Assembly (NCBI GenBank): GCA_044229035.1
Contig: JBGATT010000005.1
Location: forward strand, 4,114 to 68,113
Direction of reading: 5' to 3'
DNA: 64,000 nt
DNA from: Gemmatimonadaceae bacterium
Lineage (GTDB): Bacteria; Gemmatimonadota; Gemmatimonadetes; Gemmatimonadales; Gemmatimonadaceae
The position numbers were made by a program, and so were the translations under genes. Numbering within the stretch: position 1 is the first letter of the stretch; each line of letters opens with the position of its first letter. The notes under the pieces were generated by a model that did no database searches, was not told where the DNA came from, and saw only the letters and a program-made list of their open reading frames with translations. This document shows, piece by piece, positions 8,875 to 17,898 of the stretch.

Positions 8875-10424
8875 GCGGCGTCGGCGACCAGCTCCGCGAG
8901 ATCGGCCGCCTCGCGATCGCGGCCTGGCACACCCGGCTCGGCACGCGGCACACGGGCGAGCATCTCTCGGTGTACGTCACCGCCGAGGAGGACCGCCTCC
9001 CGTTCGGCCAGAAGATCGCGTACGGACTCGGCGCGTTCGTGAACAACATGCTGGCCGCGGCGATCGGCGGGATGCTGATCATCCTGAATCTCGGCTTCGG
9101 CGTGAATCCGGCGCTGATCGGCCTAGCGAGCGCGCTTCCGCGCGTGACCGACGCGCTGACCGACCCGCTGATGGGGTTCATCTCCGACAACACGCGGTCG
9201 CGATGGGGGCGGCGGCGACCGTACATCTTCCTTGGCGCGCTCTTCTCGGGGCTCACGTACGCGGTGCTCTGGTACCTGCCCGTCGGGCGCAGCGAGATGT
9301 TCTACTTCTGGTACTTCACCGTGGGCTCGACGATCTTCTACGTCGGGTACACGATCTTCGCGACGCCGTGGGTGGCGCTCGGCTACGAGCTCACGCCCGA
9401 CTATCACGAGCGCACGCGCCTGATGGGCGTGCAGAACTTCATCGGCCAGCTCGCCTACATCGTCTCGCCCTGGTTCCTGTGGATCATGACCAACAAGTCG
9501 TGGTTCGCGACCTCGGCCGAGGGGGCGAAGGGACTGGCGATCGCGATCGGCGTCGTGGCCTGCGTGGTGGGCATCATGCCCGCGCTCTTCCTGCGTGAGC
9601 GCTTCACGCATGCGCCGGTGGCGGCCGTGGCGCCGGGGGCGCCCGTCGAGACCGGGATGGGGGCGCTCACGCGGAACATGGCGGCCTTCTTCAAGGGCTT
9701 CGCGGCGACGCTCCGCACCAAGCCGTACCTCAAGCTCTGCGGCGCCACGTTCCTCGTGTTCAACGGCTTCATCATGATCTCGTCGTTCCAGTCGTACGTG
9801 ATCATCTACTACGTCTTCGGCGGGGACCAGGAGGCGGGCGCGCGCTGGTCGGGTTACAACGGGACGCTCGGCGCGATCTCCACCTTCGGCGTGATCTTCC
9901 TCGTCACGTGGCTCGCGACGCAGATCGGCAAGCGGAAGGCCTTCTTCTTCTCGACCGGGATGTCGATCCTCGGGTACGGGCTCAAGTGGTTCTGCTACGA
10001 TCCCGAGCGGCCCTGGCTGCTGCTCCTGCCGGCGCCGCTGATCGCCTTCGGGCTGGGCGGGCTCTTCACGCTCATGGGCTCGATGATCGCCGACGTCGTG
10101 GACGAGGATGAACTCGTCACGCACCAGCGGCGCGAGGGGATGTTCGGCTCCATCTATTGGTGGGTGGTGAAGGTGGGCATGGCGGCGGCCCTCGCCGCGG
10201 GTGGATTCCTGCTGAACGCGACCGGGTTCGACGTGGCCCTCGCCGGGGCGCAGACGCCGCGGACGCTGTTGCTGCTCCGCGTCTTCGACGTGGGGATCCC
10301 GATGGCCACCTCGGCGCTCGCGATCTGGCTCATCGCCTCGTATCCGATCACCGAGGAGAGGGCCCACGCCTGCCGCAAGCAGCTCGAGGCGCGGCGCGGG
10401 TCGGCGAAGGCTGCCGCGGCGTAG
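8871..10424 (+). CDS. GPH-family (MelB-like) MFS glycoside:cation symporter
   Basis: KIAYGLG, DALTDPLMGFISDNTRSRWGRRRPY, ELTPDYHERTRL, MIADVVDEDEL...RREGMF; about 12 TM segments; GTGA overlap with GH16. Confidence 0.9.
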   Translation: MSGVGDQLREIGRLAIAAWHTRLGTRHTGEHLSVYVTAEEDRLPFGQKIAYGLGAFVNNMLAAAIGGMLIILNLGFGVNPALIGLASALPRVTDALTDPLMGFISDNTRSRWGRRRPYIFLGALFSGLTYAVLWYLPVGRSEMFYFWYFTVGSTIFYVGYTIFATPWVALGYELTPDYHERTRLMGVQNFIGQLAYIVSPWFLWIMTNKSWFATSAEGAKGLAIAIGVVACVVGIMPALFLRERFTHAPVAAVAPGAPVETGMGALTRNMAAFFKGFAATLRTKPYLKLCGATFLVFNGFIMISSFQSYVIIYYVFGGDQEAGARWSGYNGTLGAISTFGVIFLVTWLATQIGKRKAFFFSTGMSILGYGLKWFCYDPERPWLLLLPAPLIAFGLGGLFTLMGSMIADVVDEDELVTHQRREGMFGSIYWWVVKVGMAAALAAGGFLLNATGFDVALAGAQTPRTLLLLRVFDVGIPMATSALAIWLIASYPITEERAHACRKQLEARRGSAKAAAA

Positions 10425-10448
10425 GGTGCGGGAGGGGAGTGCAGGCAT

Positions 10449-10480
10449 GCGGGCCGCGGTGCTGGTGCGCCGCGGCCCGC
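10449..10480. terminator. GC-rich hairpin between the two convergent operons
   Basis: GCGGGCCGCGG (10449-10459) pairs with CCGCGGCCCGC (10470-10480) in the 62-bp gap between the convergent stops. Confidence 0.6.
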
Positions 10481-10486
10481 CGTTCG

Positions 10487-12283
10487 TCAGCCCAGGCCGA
10501 AACCGCGCGGAAAGAGGGGAGCGGCCGCCCCGTACGCCCCGACGGGCTCCTTGGGCCAGCTGAACGGCAGCGTACCCGTGAAGGGCGCATCGCCGAAGAG
10601 CACGTCGGCCACACCGGCGCCCTCCGAGCCCGGCAGCCAGGCCGCCACGAACGCGCGCGACTCCGCGAGCTCGGCGTTCACCACGAGGGGACGACCCGAG
10701 ACGAGCACCACGATCACGGGGATCCCCTGCGCGGTGATCCGCTGGATCGTCGCCAGGTCCTCGGGGTGCCGCTCCGCGAGGACGAGCGATTCGCCGTACG
10801 GGGCGAGGTTGGTCATGAACTGCGTCCCGGAGCCCCGCTTCACGGCGCCACCCGTCCGAATGTCGCCCATCCCTTCTGCGTACGGGGTCTCTCCGATCAC
10901 CACTATGGCCACGTCGTGGGCCTTGGCATCGGCGGCGCTGCCGTCCACGCTCAGCGTCGCGCCGGGCGACCGCTCGCGGATCCCTTCCCAGATGGAGGTG
11001 CCGCCGAGGATCCGGTCGTTGCCGTGCGTGCCCTGCCATTCGACGGTGAAGCCGCCGCACTGATGGCCGCGATCGTCGGCGTTCTTGCCGGCGACCAGCA
11101 CCCGCGCGCCGGGCGCGACGGGCAGCACACCGGGCTCGCGCTTGAGGAGCACGAGCGACTTGCGCACGGCCTCGCGCGCGACCGCGCGATGGGCGGCGCC
11201 GCCGAAGGTGGGGCTGTTCGACCAGGGGCGTGAGGCGGGGCGGGGCCGCTCGAAGAGGCCGCAGGCGTACTTCACGGCGAGGATCCGCCGCACCGCATCG
11301 TCGATGCGCTCCATCGGCACGCGGCCGTCCGCGACGACGGTCCGGAGCGTCGCGAGCATCCGCCGCCAGTCGAGCGAGACCATGATCATGTCCACGCCCG
11401 CGTTCACCGAGGTCGCCAGCGCCTCGGCGAGGTCGTCGGCGAGCTGGTCCACGCCGTCCCAGTCGGAGACGACGAACCCTTCGAATCCGAGGCGGCCCTT
11501 GAGAACGTCGGTGAGCAGATATCGGCTCCCGTGGCACTTCTCCCGGTTCCAGCTGTTGAACGACGCCATCACGGTGAGCACGCCGGCCTGGAGCGCGGGG
11601 AGGTATGGCGCGATGTGCGTGCGGGTGAGCTCGGCCTCGTCGATCGCCGTGTCACCTTGGTCGATGCCGCGCGTGGTGCCGCCGTCGCCGACGAAGTGCT
11701 TGGCACACGCGATGATGCCGTTCTCGTCGAGTGTGCCCTGCAGGCCGCGGACGTAGCAGCCCGCGTAGGACGCGACGAGCACGGGATCCTCGGAGAAGCT
11801 CTCGTAGGTCCGCCCCCAGCGGATATCGCGCACCACGGCGAGGGTGGGGGCGAAGGTCCAGTCGAGGCCGGTCGCGAGCACCTCCTCGGCGCAGACGCGC
11901 GCGAGGCGTTCGACGAGGTCCGGGTCGTTCGCCGCCCCGAGCCCGATGTTGTGAGGGAAGACCGTCGCACCGAGCACGTTGGTGTTGCCGTGGATCGCGT
12001 CGATCGCGTAGAGGAGCGGGATCGGCAGGCGACCCTCGGTCTCGCTCATCGATGCCATCCAGTAGGCGTCGTGCATCGCCACCCAGTCGGCGGGATGGTT
12101 GGCGCCGGGGACGGAACCACCGCCGCTCAGCACCGAGCCGAGGTGGTGCGCGCGGACATCGTCGGGCGTGGTCGAGGCGCGCTCGGCCTGGATCATCTGG
12201 CCGAGCTTCTGGTCGAGCGTCATCCGGGCGAGGAGCGCGCTGGCGCGCTCGGCCGCGGTCCCGGGGATCGTGAGCGTGGTCAT
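10487..12283 (-). CDS. GH3 beta-glucosidase / exo-beta-glucanase
   Basis: DAIHGN, VFPHNIGLGA, RWGRTYESFSED, CAKHFVGDG, nucleophile VSDW, GETPYAEG, AAWLPGSEG. No signal peptide. Confidence 0.93.
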   Translation of the reverse strand: MTTLTIPGTAAERASALLARMTLDQKLGQMIQAERASTTPDDVRAHHLGSVLSGGGSVPGANHPADWVAMHDAYWMASMSETEGRLPIPLLYAIDAIHGNTNVLGATVFPHNIGLGAANDPDLVERLARVCAEEVLATGLDWTFAPTLAVVRDIRWGRTYESFSEDPVLVASYAGCYVRGLQGTLDENGIIACAKHFVGDGGTTRGIDQGDTAIDEAELTRTHIAPYLPALQAGVLTVMASFNSWNREKCHGSRYLLTDVLKGRLGFEGFVVSDWDGVDQLADDLAEALATSVNAGVDMIMVSLDWRRMLATLRTVVADGRVPMERIDDAVRRILAVKYACGLFERPRPASRPWSNSPTFGGAAHRAVAREAVRKSLVLLKREPGVLPVAPGARVLVAGKNADDRGHQCGGFTVEWQGTHGNDRILGGTSIWEGIRERSPGATLSVDGSAADAKAHDVAIVVIGETPYAEGMGDIRTGGAVKRGSGTQFMTNLAPYGESLVLAERHPEDLATIQRITAQGIPVIVVLVSGRPLVVNAELAESRAFVAAWLPGSEGAGVADVLFGDAPFTGTLPFSWPKEPVGAYGAAAPLFPRGFGLG

Positions 12284-12311
12284 GCGGAGAGGGAAGGTGA
12301 GGGCTGGCCGG

Positions 12312-14525
12312 TCATTCTTCGAGCCGGAACTCGACGCGGAGCGAGGCCGTGGCGTCGCCGCCGATCCAGGCATGGAACTCGCCCGGCTCGGCGCGTCGCC
12401 GCTGGTCGCGGCCATGGAATGCGAGGTCGTCGGGCGTGAGCGTGAAGCGCACCGTGTGCCGCTCGCCCGGGGCGAGGCGGACCTTCTCGAATCCCTTCAG
12501 TTCGCGCACGGGCCGCGTGACGCTGCCCACGAGGTCGCGGACGTAGAGTTGCACCACCTCGTCCACGGCGCGCGGTCCGGTGTTGGTCACGTCGCAGCTG
12601 AGCGTGATCGTGCCGTCGGATGCCAGGGCGTGGTGACTCGTGCGCAGGGCGGAGTAGGCGACGCTCGAGTAGGTCAGCCCGTGGCCGAACGGGAAGAGCG
12701 GGGACGGATGCGTGTCGAGATGGAACGAGGTGTTGCCCACCGAGAGCTGGGGGACGCGCGCCGGGATGTCGTTCATGTGCACGACGGTCTCCGGCGTGGG
12801 TGGCTTGCCGGTGTTCTTGTGCGCGTAGTAGAGGGGGATCTGACCCGTGACGCGCGGCAACGTGACCGGGAGCCGTCCCGAGGGCGACTCGACGCCGAGC
12901 AGCAGGTCGGCCAGCGCGGGGCCACCCATCGTGCCGGGGTGCCAGGCGTAGAGCAGCGCGTGCACGTGCGGCACGACGCGCTCGAGAGCGAGCGCGCGAC
13001 CGGCCATTACCACGCAGACCACCGGCGTTCCCGTCGCGGCGACCGCCTCGATCAGCGCCTCCTGCGCGCCCGGGAGCGTGATGTCGGTGCGGCAGTGCGC
13101 CTCGCCGGAGAGGATCGCTTCCTCGCCGACGACGAGGACCGCGACGCCCGCGCCACGTGCGGCGCTCACCGCATCGTCGAAGCCGCTGCGGTCGTGACTG
13201 CGGGTGCTCGGGAGGCCGCGCACGTGGTCCACCGCGACCCGGTCCCCGAGGAGCGCTCGCAGGGCAGGGACGAGTGGCTGGCTGAGGTGCGGATCGCCGT
13301 CGAAGATCCAGGTGCCGAGCTGCTCGTGCCCGTCGTCGGCGAGAGGGCCGATCACCGCGATGCGGTCGAGATGCTCTGCCGAGAGCGGAAGCATCCCGTG
13401 CACGTTCTTCAGCAGCACCACGGAGGCGAGCGCGGCGTCGCGCGCCGCCTGGAGGTGCGCGGGATTGGCGATGGCCGGGAACGCCGACGGGTCCGTGTAC
13501 GGATCGTCGAACAGCCCCAGGCGGAGCTTCACACGCAGGATGTTGGCGACCATCGCGTCGAGCGCGGCCTCGCTGATGCGGCCCGACTCGACGAGCGACG
13601 CGAGGTGCTGCTGATAGCAGGTGCTCGCCATCTCGATGTCCACGCCGGCGGAGGCGGCCTCGAAGGCCGAGTCGCGCTCGGTCGCGGTGAAGCCGTGCAC
13701 CGCGAGTTGGCGGATCGACTCCCAGTCGCTCACGACGACGCCATCGAAGCCCCATTCACCGCGGAGCACGCGCCGCAGGAGGAACTCGTTCGCCGTCGCG
13801 GGGACGCCGTCGAGGTCGGAGAACGAGGTCATGACGGTGGCCACGCCGGCCTCGACCGCGGCGCGGAACGGCGGCAGGTGGACGTTCCGGAGCTCGTTCT
13901 CCGGGATGTTCGTGGTGTTGTAGTCGCGCCCGCTCTCCGACGCCCCGTAGCCCGCGAAGTGCTTCGCGCAGGCAGCGATGCGGCCGCGCGCCGCGAGTTC
14001 ATGCGGGGTGTGCCCCTGGAAGCCACGGATGGTCGCGGCACCCATCACGCCGGTGAGGAACGGATCCTCGCCGAACCCCTCCGCGACGCGGCCCCACCGC
14101 GGATCACGCCCGATGTCGATCATGGGGGCGAACGTCCAGTTGACGCCCGCGGACGCGGCCTCGAGCGCCGCGACCTGCGCACCGCACTCGACGAGGGACG
14201 GATCCCAGCTCGCCGCTTGCCCGAGCGGGATGGGGAGGACGGTCTTGAACCCGTGGATCACGTCCCGGCCGACGAGGAGCGGGATCCCGAGCCGGCTCTG
14301 CTCGACCGCGATCCATTGCAGGGCGTTGACGGTCTCGACGTGCACCTCGTTCAGCACCGAGCCCACGCGCCCGTCCTGGATCGCGTCGCGCAGGTGGTCG
14401 GGAACGTGTCCGCCCGCCCCGCTCACCTGCTGCAACTGCCCGACCTTCTCGGCGAGGGTCATCCGCGCGATCAGCTCGCGGATGCCCTCGTCGTCCTTCA
14501 CGCGCAGGTCGGCCGTCGCGCTCAC
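12312..14525 (-). CDS. bglX: GH3 beta-glucosidase, BglX-like, with C-terminal Fn3-like domain
   Basis: DVIHG, DPRWGRVAEGFGEDP, CAKHFAGYG, VSDW, SGEAHCR, FPFGHGLTY, EVVQLYVRD..RPVRELKGF. GTG start inferred at 14525. Confidence 0.9.
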   Translation of the reverse strand: MSATADLRVKDDEGIRELIARMTLAEKVGQLQQVSGAGGHVPDHLRDAIQDGRVGSVLNEVHVETVNALQWIAVEQSRLGIPLLVGRDVIHGFKTVLPIPLGQAASWDPSLVECGAQVAALEAASAGVNWTFAPMIDIGRDPRWGRVAEGFGEDPFLTGVMGAATIRGFQGHTPHELAARGRIAACAKHFAGYGASESGRDYNTTNIPENELRNVHLPPFRAAVEAGVATVMTSFSDLDGVPATANEFLLRRVLRGEWGFDGVVVSDWESIRQLAVHGFTATERDSAFEAASAGVDIEMASTCYQQHLASLVESGRISEAALDAMVANILRVKLRLGLFDDPYTDPSAFPAIANPAHLQAARDAALASVVLLKNVHGMLPLSAEHLDRIAVIGPLADDGHEQLGTWIFDGDPHLSQPLVPALRALLGDRVAVDHVRGLPSTRSHDRSGFDDAVSAARGAGVAVLVVGEEAILSGEAHCRTDITLPGAQEALIEAVAATGTPVVCVVMAGRALALERVVPHVHALLYAWHPGTMGGPALADLLLGVESPSGRLPVTLPRVTGQIPLYYAHKNTGKPPTPETVVHMNDIPARVPQLSVGNTSFHLDTHPSPLFPFGHGLTYSSVAYSALRTSHHALASDGTITLSCDVTNTGPRAVDEVVQLYVRDLVGSVTRPVRELKGFEKVRLAPGERHTVRFTLTPDDLAFHGRDQRRRAEPGEFHAWIGGDATASLRVEFRLEE

Positions 14526-14532
14526 CCGCCAC

Positions 14533-17500
14533 TCACCACGCGACGGTGAAGTAGCTGCGGATCTCCCACTCGCGACCGTTCGCGTACCCCGGCGCGGTGG
14601 CGTCGCAGGTCGGCGTGCCGCTGCCGTCCGGGACCCGGATGGGGCAGTAGCGCGGCGAGTAGCGATTGAGCTCGCGATAGGTGCCACGCACGCCGAACTT
14701 CGTCTCCGGCACGTCCCACCACTGTGCCTTGCCGAGCACGTAGGCCAGGTCGAGCATGTACTGCGTGGGGAAGGTGAGGTTGAAATCGCGGTGGTAATCG
14801 TACGGGCCGAAGTCGTTGAACTTCAGCGAGCCGACCACTTTCACCTGTCCCGAGACGAGCCGCACGTCGCCGCCGGACCGGTTGACCAGGCGCTGGCTGT
14901 CGCCGTTCGGCTCGGCCGTCCCGTGGAAGAAGTTCACGATCATGCGCGTGTCGGTCGCGACCTGCGAGATGACACGGCCGCGCACTTCCCAGAGGTCGCG
15001 CGCCGGCGTCGCGCCGGGGAAGGCGAAGGTCGTGCGGCCGTCGCCGAGGATGCCGATCGCTGCGTCCATCGTCGTCGGGAGGTGCTTGAAGGTGAAGCCG
15101 ACGCTGGCGGCGAGTTTGGCATCCTCGCGCATGTCGTTGTCCCACTGGTACATCCAGGTGGCGGGCGTCGGATCCCACGTGAGGAGCAGCTCGCCGGCGA
15201 CCGTCTCGCGCTGGCCGCGCACCGCGAAGGGATCGTCGATCACGTTGCGCGGGCGGCCGGGGGCCGGCACGCCGCGCGGGATGGGGCCGACGAGCGGCTT
15301 CTGCCAGAGGAAGTTCGGCGCGACGGTGAGGTTGCCGAACGCCACCGAGACGCCGGTGAGCGCGTTGACCTGGTTGTTGAGGCCGGTGTCCTTGAGGCCC
15401 CAGCCGGTGAAGGTCTGGACCGAGGTCGGGCCACCGTCGGCGACGATGCCCATCGAGGCGCCCTGCGCGTACCAGTTCCAACGGCCGCGCTGGTATGTCA
15501 CCTTCGCCTTGCCGCCGAACGCGTCGCTGTCCTTCACCTCGTCGAGCAGGACCTGGTAGTTCCCCGGCGACCCCTCGGCGACCTGGAACTGCTGGCCGAC
15601 GCGCGTGGCGCCGCCCCAGATGCCGCCGGCCTCCATGCCGACCGTTCCGCCGAACATCGGCCGCGAGGTCGAGACGTGGATCGTCGCGCGGCGCGTCTGC
15701 GGGAGCGGGATCGCGAACGAGGAGGTCGTCTGGCCGTAGCGCGCGAGTTCCTCCTGGAAGAGGCCAGTGACGGTGAACTCGCCGACCTTGCGCCCGTACT
15801 TCACCAGCGCGGCGGGGTTGGCACCCCACCAGAGTTCGGGCCCGAACGCCAGCTTGAGGCCGTTGAGCTGCCGCTTGCCGGTGAACTCGAAGCCGAGCGG
15901 GGCAGCCGCGTTGTAGATGTCGATGTTGCGACCGTAGTTGGCTTCGCGATAGATGCCGAAGAAGTCGCCTTCGTAGCCCCAGTGGTAGTGGCCGGTGCGG
16001 TTGAAGCCCTCGAGGCGGAACAGCCGCTCGTCCCACGACAGGCTGCTCTGGAAGATCTTGAGCCGCTCCAGGTCGCCCATCGCGTAGCTCCCCGACGGGC
16101 CGTCGAAGGTGCGCGCGCGCCCGCGGTTCTCGTAGAAGATCTCGTCGATCGGGTTGTTCGGGACGTTGCCGAGGATGTTGACGGCGACGCTCGCCTGGAA
16201 GCGCTCGTTCGGCCGCGCCTCGACGGCGACGTAGTACGACTCCATCCGGTCGAAGCCGCGGGCCGACGGGCGCGAGTTCGAGGCCGGGTCGGTCGCGGTC
16301 GGCGTGCTGAGCCGCGTGCCGCCGGTGGTGAAGGTCGTGAGCTCCATGCGGAGGCTGCTCACGCGGAGCTTCTCCCCGGCGCCGCCTGCGGCCGCCGCCT
16401 GGTCGGCGCGGGCCTGCATCACGAGGCCGTTCGGATCGATCGCGCCGAAGGTCTGGGCGATCCGAGCGAGGTCCGTGCCGGACGCGTACGGGTCGAGCCG
16501 GTAGGCCTGTTGCAGGCCGTAGAACACCGCGCGGGGATAGAGCTCGTAGAGGCCGCGCGCGTCGGCGGGGCCCTTCGCCACGATGCCCCACCACTCCTCG
16601 TTCATGTTGTTCTCGCCGCGCACGTAGTCGTACTGGTAGGCGTCGGCGGCCCAGGAGGCGTTGGCATCATGGATGTCGAGCCGCGTCTCCTGCCCGTACT
16701 TCCACCACCCGTCGGACCACTGGAAGGTCATGCCGCCGATCGCGTTCCCCACACGACCCTTGCCCGCTGTCATCTCGTAGATCTCGCGCCACTGCGCGAG
16801 GACGTACAGCGACTGGTTGAGCTGGTCCTCGCGCGCATCCTTCTCGTTCCACGCGTCGGCGCCGAACTCGGTGAACATCACCGGGAGCCCGAGCTTGTCC
16901 TTCACCTCCTGGAAGAGCGTCCCGAACGACCGGCCGCGGTAGACGTTGGAGCCGAAGATGTCGAGTCCCTTCGCCTCCTGCGCGATAAGGTCGAGGTACT
17001 GGATGTCGCCGTTGGCGAGCGCGACCGGGTGCGCGGCGTCCTTCTGCTTGATCGCCCGCGCGACCTCGCCCACCAGCGAGTAGAGATAGCGCGCCTTCGC
17101 CGCCTGCCGCTCGCCCACGGGGAGGTTCTCGGTCGCCGCCGACCGCCACTCCAGGCCGTAGTTGTTCTCGTTGCCGAGGAGCCACATGAGCAGCCCCGGC
17201 GTCCCCTTGAGCTCGTCCACGAGCGCCATCACCTCGGCGGTCAGCACCGCGCGCGTCCGCGCATCCGAGTAGTCGGTCTGCGCGACGAAGGTGCCGCTCG
17301 CCGAGTTGCCGTAGCGCCCGAGCGGATGGTTCACGACGGTCCAGATGCCGAACCGGTCATGGATGTAGGTGATCCAGCGCGCCGGGATGCCGTTGTAGAC
17401 GCGGATGACATTCACGCCCATCGTCCGCAGGAGCCCCATCTCGCGATCGAGCGCCGCGGCGATCATCTCGTCGGGCTGGGTCCAGAGGCTGTAGGAGTAG

Positions 17501-17703
17501 TTGGTGCCGATGGGGAAGTAGTCCCAGTTCACGCCGCGCACGAAGAAGTCGCGTCCATCGACCTGGAGGCGACTGCCCTGGGCGTCCGTGACGACGCGGA
17601 CGGCGGCCGGAGTCTGTGCCGCGGCCGGAGCCGCGAGGAGGAGCGTGGCGGCGAGCAGGCGCATGCCGCGGCGGAGCGAGCGACGGGACCGGACCGAGAA
17701 CAT
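14533..17703 (-). CDS. Secreted clan GH-A (GH2/GH158-like) TIM-barrel hydrolase fused to a probable outer-membrane beta-barrel
   Basis: RBS GGAGGAGG before ATG 17703; signal peptide; RGVNW, GVNVIRVY, acid/base GNEN, nucleophile FTEFG, FQWSDGWWK. The C-terminal ~610 aa consist of amphipathic strands ending EWEIRSYFTVAW. Confidence 0.75.
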   Translation of the reverse strand: MFSVRSRRSLRRGMRLLAATLLLAAPAAAQTPAAVRVVTDAQGSRLQVDGRDFFVRGVNWDYFPIGTNYSYSLWTQPDEMIAAALDREMGLLRTMGVNVIRVYNGIPARWITYIHDRFGIWTVVNHPLGRYGNSASGTFVAQTDYSDARTRAVLTAEVMALVDELKGTPGLLMWLLGNENNYGLEWRSAATENLPVGERQAAKARYLYSLVGEVARAIKQKDAAHPVALANGDIQYLDLIAQEAKGLDIFGSNVYRGRSFGTLFQEVKDKLGLPVMFTEFGADAWNEKDAREDQLNQSLYVLAQWREIYEMTAGKGRVGNAIGGMTFQWSDGWWKYGQETRLDIHDANASWAADAYQYDYVRGENNMNEEWWGIVAKGPADARGLYELYPRAVFYGLQQAYRLDPYASGTDLARIAQTFGAIDPNGLVMQARADQAAAAGGAGEKLRVSSLRMELTTFTTGGTRLSTPTATDPASNSRPSARGFDRMESYYVAVEARPNERFQASVAVNILGNVPNNPIDEIFYENRGRARTFDGPSGSYAMGDLERLKIFQSSLSWDERLFRLEGFNRTGHYHWGYEGDFFGIYREANYGRNIDIYNAAAPLGFEFTGKRQLNGLKLAFGPELWWGANPAALVKYGRKVGEFTVTGLFQEELARYGQTTSSFAIPLPQTRRATIHVSTSRPMFGGTVGMEAGGIWGGATRVGQQFQVAEGSPGNYQVLLDEVKDSDAFGGKAKVTYQRGRWNWYAQGASMGIVADGGPTSVQTFTGWGLKDTGLNNQVNALTGVSVAFGNLTVAPNFLWQKPLVGPIPRGVPAPGRPRNVIDDPFAVRGQRETVAGELLLTWDPTPATWMYQWDNDMREDAKLAASVGFTFKHLPTTMDAAIGILGDGRTTFAFPGATPARDLWEVRGRVISQVATDTRMIVNFFHGTAEPNGDSQRLVNRSGGDVRLVSGQVKVVGSLKFNDFGPYDYHRDFNLTFPTQYMLDLAYVLGKAQWWDVPETKFGVRGTYRELNRYSPRYCPIRVPDGSGTPTCDATAPGYANGREWEIRSYFTVAW

Positions 17704-17757
17704 CGAGGCCTCCTCCGCAGGGGAGGTGGACGGGGTGGGGCCAGCGGGGCGAACCGG

Positions 17758-17784
17758 CACTTTGTTCGCTGAGAGAACAAAGTG
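17758..17784. promoter_or_regulatory. Palindromic operator, probably for the ROK repressor (copy 2)
   Basis: CACTTTGTTC-GCTGAGA-GAACAAAGTG is a perfect 10-bp inverted repeat with the same core and spacing as 4264-4286. Confidence 0.8.
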
Positions 17785-17807
17785 GGATTTCCGCCCGTCG
17801 CTGTCAA
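17779..17807 (-). promoter_or_regulatory. Putative sigma70 promoter of the leftward beta-glucan operon
   Basis: Minus-strand TTGACA at 17807-17802, 17-nt spacer, CACTTT at 17784-17779 inside the operator arm. Confidence 0.6.
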
Positions 17808-17898
17808 GCGTGTCCCGACAGCCACGTCGGTGAACCATAGGCTGGCGGAATCCCGCGACGGGACACATCAATAGCAAGGCCACAACCGGAGGTGGCGG

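Noticed and set aside
13978-17772. 1264-aa plus-strand ORF, and similar long ORFs at 26386-30084(-), 39178-42144(+) and 45409-48057(+)
   Set aside because: Each is antisense to a gene with clear family motifs and shows no domain signal of its own.
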